From a virus (taxonomy: Duplodnaviria; Heunggongvirae; Uroviricota; Caudoviricetes): 64,000 bases of DNA. This document shows positions 62,997 through 64,000 of this stretch, piece by piece. Each line of letters starts with the position of its first letter. The stretch's first letter is position 1. The translations under genes and the position numbers were made by a program. The stretch covers positions 53,625 to 117,624 of IMG/VR virus record IMGVR_UViG_3300048597_000653; one strand, given 5' to 3'. The notes under the pieces were generated by a model. The model was not told the DNA's origin. It did not search any database and saw nothing but the letters and a program-made list of their open reading frames with translations.

Positions 62997-64000
62997 GCCA
63001 CATCCCTGGTTGCTTGAGCGAGAGCCTTTTGCATGTGATCGCTGCGACGATGCACATGCTGGTAAATCCGCTGAAGCATCTTCAGATCAGTGTGACCCAT
63101 CAACTGCGCGATTGTGACCAAGTCCACACCGCGGATGATCGCATCGGTCGCAAAGGTGTGGCGAATCGCGTAGGGGCAAACATAGAAGTCCACCTTGGTC
63201 CGCAAGCGTCGGCAACGGCACACCATTGCATCCTTCGTCCACGGACCGCCGTCGATGTTGCGAAAGATCGGACCCTGGGGGTTTTTCAAAGCCAGCCGCT
63301 CACTGATCTCGAACATTCGATCGTTGAGCAGGATCGTCCGCTGCGATCGTTTCCCCTTCGCTTGCAGCCTGGGAAGTACCCAACAGCGCCCCGACTTGTC
63401 GAAATGCAAAGCCTCGATCGCACGAATCTCTTGCGGCCGGCAGCCGGTCTCTCGCAAGCCAACGACGACGTCATGGAACGGGTCCGTTTCGCGAATGTGC
63501 CTCAACAGAATCTTAAACTGATCGGGCATCAAGTAGACGTCGCGACCGTCAACACTCGGCTTCTCCATGTCAGCCAGTGGGGACGACTTGATACGCCCCG
63601 ACTTGCGAGCCCAGTTGCACACGCGCTGCACGGCCCGCATCGCCGAGCGGATGGTAGGGTCCGGAGCACCGTCAGGCCACTTCTGACTGATCCAGTTATC
63701 CACATGCATCGGCTTCAGCGCGCTGAGGCGAAGTGTGCCGATGGACTGGTAAAACGATTCCAGATAGTCGCGATACCAAACGTAGGTCTTGCGACTTTGA
63801 TTCCGCTTAACCCACAGCAGGAAGTCGGAGATCAGTTCGAGCACCAAGGTGTTGCCGGTAACCTCCCGTACTCCGGCCTTGTACTCGTACCAAATCTCCC
63901 AAGCGATTTCTTTGTCCTCATGCAAACGAACCGGCTTACCCGCATGATTGAAGTAATAGCAACGGTGCGACGTTTTGTAATAAGGCTTGGCCTGCCGCAT
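62993..64000 (-). CDS. int: tyrosine recombinase / phage integrase; its start coincides with the window edge
   Basis: C-terminal catalytic region with AIRHTFAT and LMGHTDLKMLQRIYQHV (HxxR...Y). The Met codon sits exactly at 64000, so the gene may be truncated. Confidence 0.85.
   Translation of the reverse strand: MRQAKPYYKTSHRCYYFNHAGKPVRLHEDKEIAWEIWYEYKAGVREVTGNTLVLELISDFLLWVKRNQSRKTYVWYRDYLESFYQSIGTLRLSALKPMHVDNWISQKWPDGAPDPTIRSAMRAVQRVCNWARKSGRIKSSPLADMEKPSVDGRDVYLMPDQFKILLRHIRETDPFHDVVVGLRETGCRPQEIRAIEALHFDKSGRCWVLPRLQAKGKRSQRTILLNDRMFEISERLALKNPQGPIFRNIDGGPWTKDAMVCRCRRLRTKVDFYVCPYAIRHTFATDAIIRGVDLVTIAQLMGHTDLKMLQRIYQHVHRRSDHMQKALAQATRDVA

Larger units (their letters stand above)
2309..64000. 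mobile_element. Prophage-like tailed-phage genome; boundaries unresolved and the right end probably lies beyond the window
   Basis: Contiguous terminase, portal, scaffold, capsid, tail, tape-measure, replication, xis and int gene order, with recombinases at both ends. Confidence 0.7.

Overview
High-GC (about 60%) window that is almost entirely one tailed-phage (prophage-like) genome.

Layout, left to right:
- 1-2.2 kb: a short leftward operon of uncertain origin.
- 2.3-8.5 kb: lysogeny and accessory arm. It holds a small serine recombinase with an upstream palindrome, a DUF6876-like protein, a tRNA-Met(CAU), and a cassette of envelope-targeted papain-like peptidases plus thioredoxin-fold proteins.
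- 8.6-33.5 kb: rightward morphogenesis module. It runs GpA-type large terminase, putative portal, LamG protein, scaffold, major capsid with terminators, duplicated tail paralogs, a chaperone with a probable -1 frameshift extension, a 1215-aa tape measure, distal tail proteins, a ~1000-aa tail/host-specificity protein, and SPFH and Cys-rich proteins.
- 33.5-38 kb: leftward early operon with prim-pol/SF3 helicase, dNMP kinase and a DnaQ-like exonuclease.
- 38-62.7 kb: rightward DNA-metabolism and accessory arm. It carries two ParB-like proteins, a non-coding island with two tRNA-like elements, an SNF2 helicase, a metallophosphoesterase, a low-GC lectin-like gene on the opposite strand, family-A DNA polymerase, VRR-NUC, a sigma factor, NT5C nucleotidase, ATP-dependent DNA ligase, a PD-(D/E)xK nuclease, GNAT, a membrane BCS1-type AAA+, AdoMet decarboxylase, MazG, an FkbM-family methyltransferase, a DNA methyltransferase and several zinc-finger proteins.
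- 62.7-64 kb: convergent excisionase and tyrosine integrase at the right edge. The att site is presumably beyond the window.

No rRNA or CRISPR was seen. Family assignments come from motifs I recognised by eye in the six-frame translations, and all need HMM or BLAST confirmation. Coordinates of hairpins and repeats that I derived by hand may be off by 1-2 nt.
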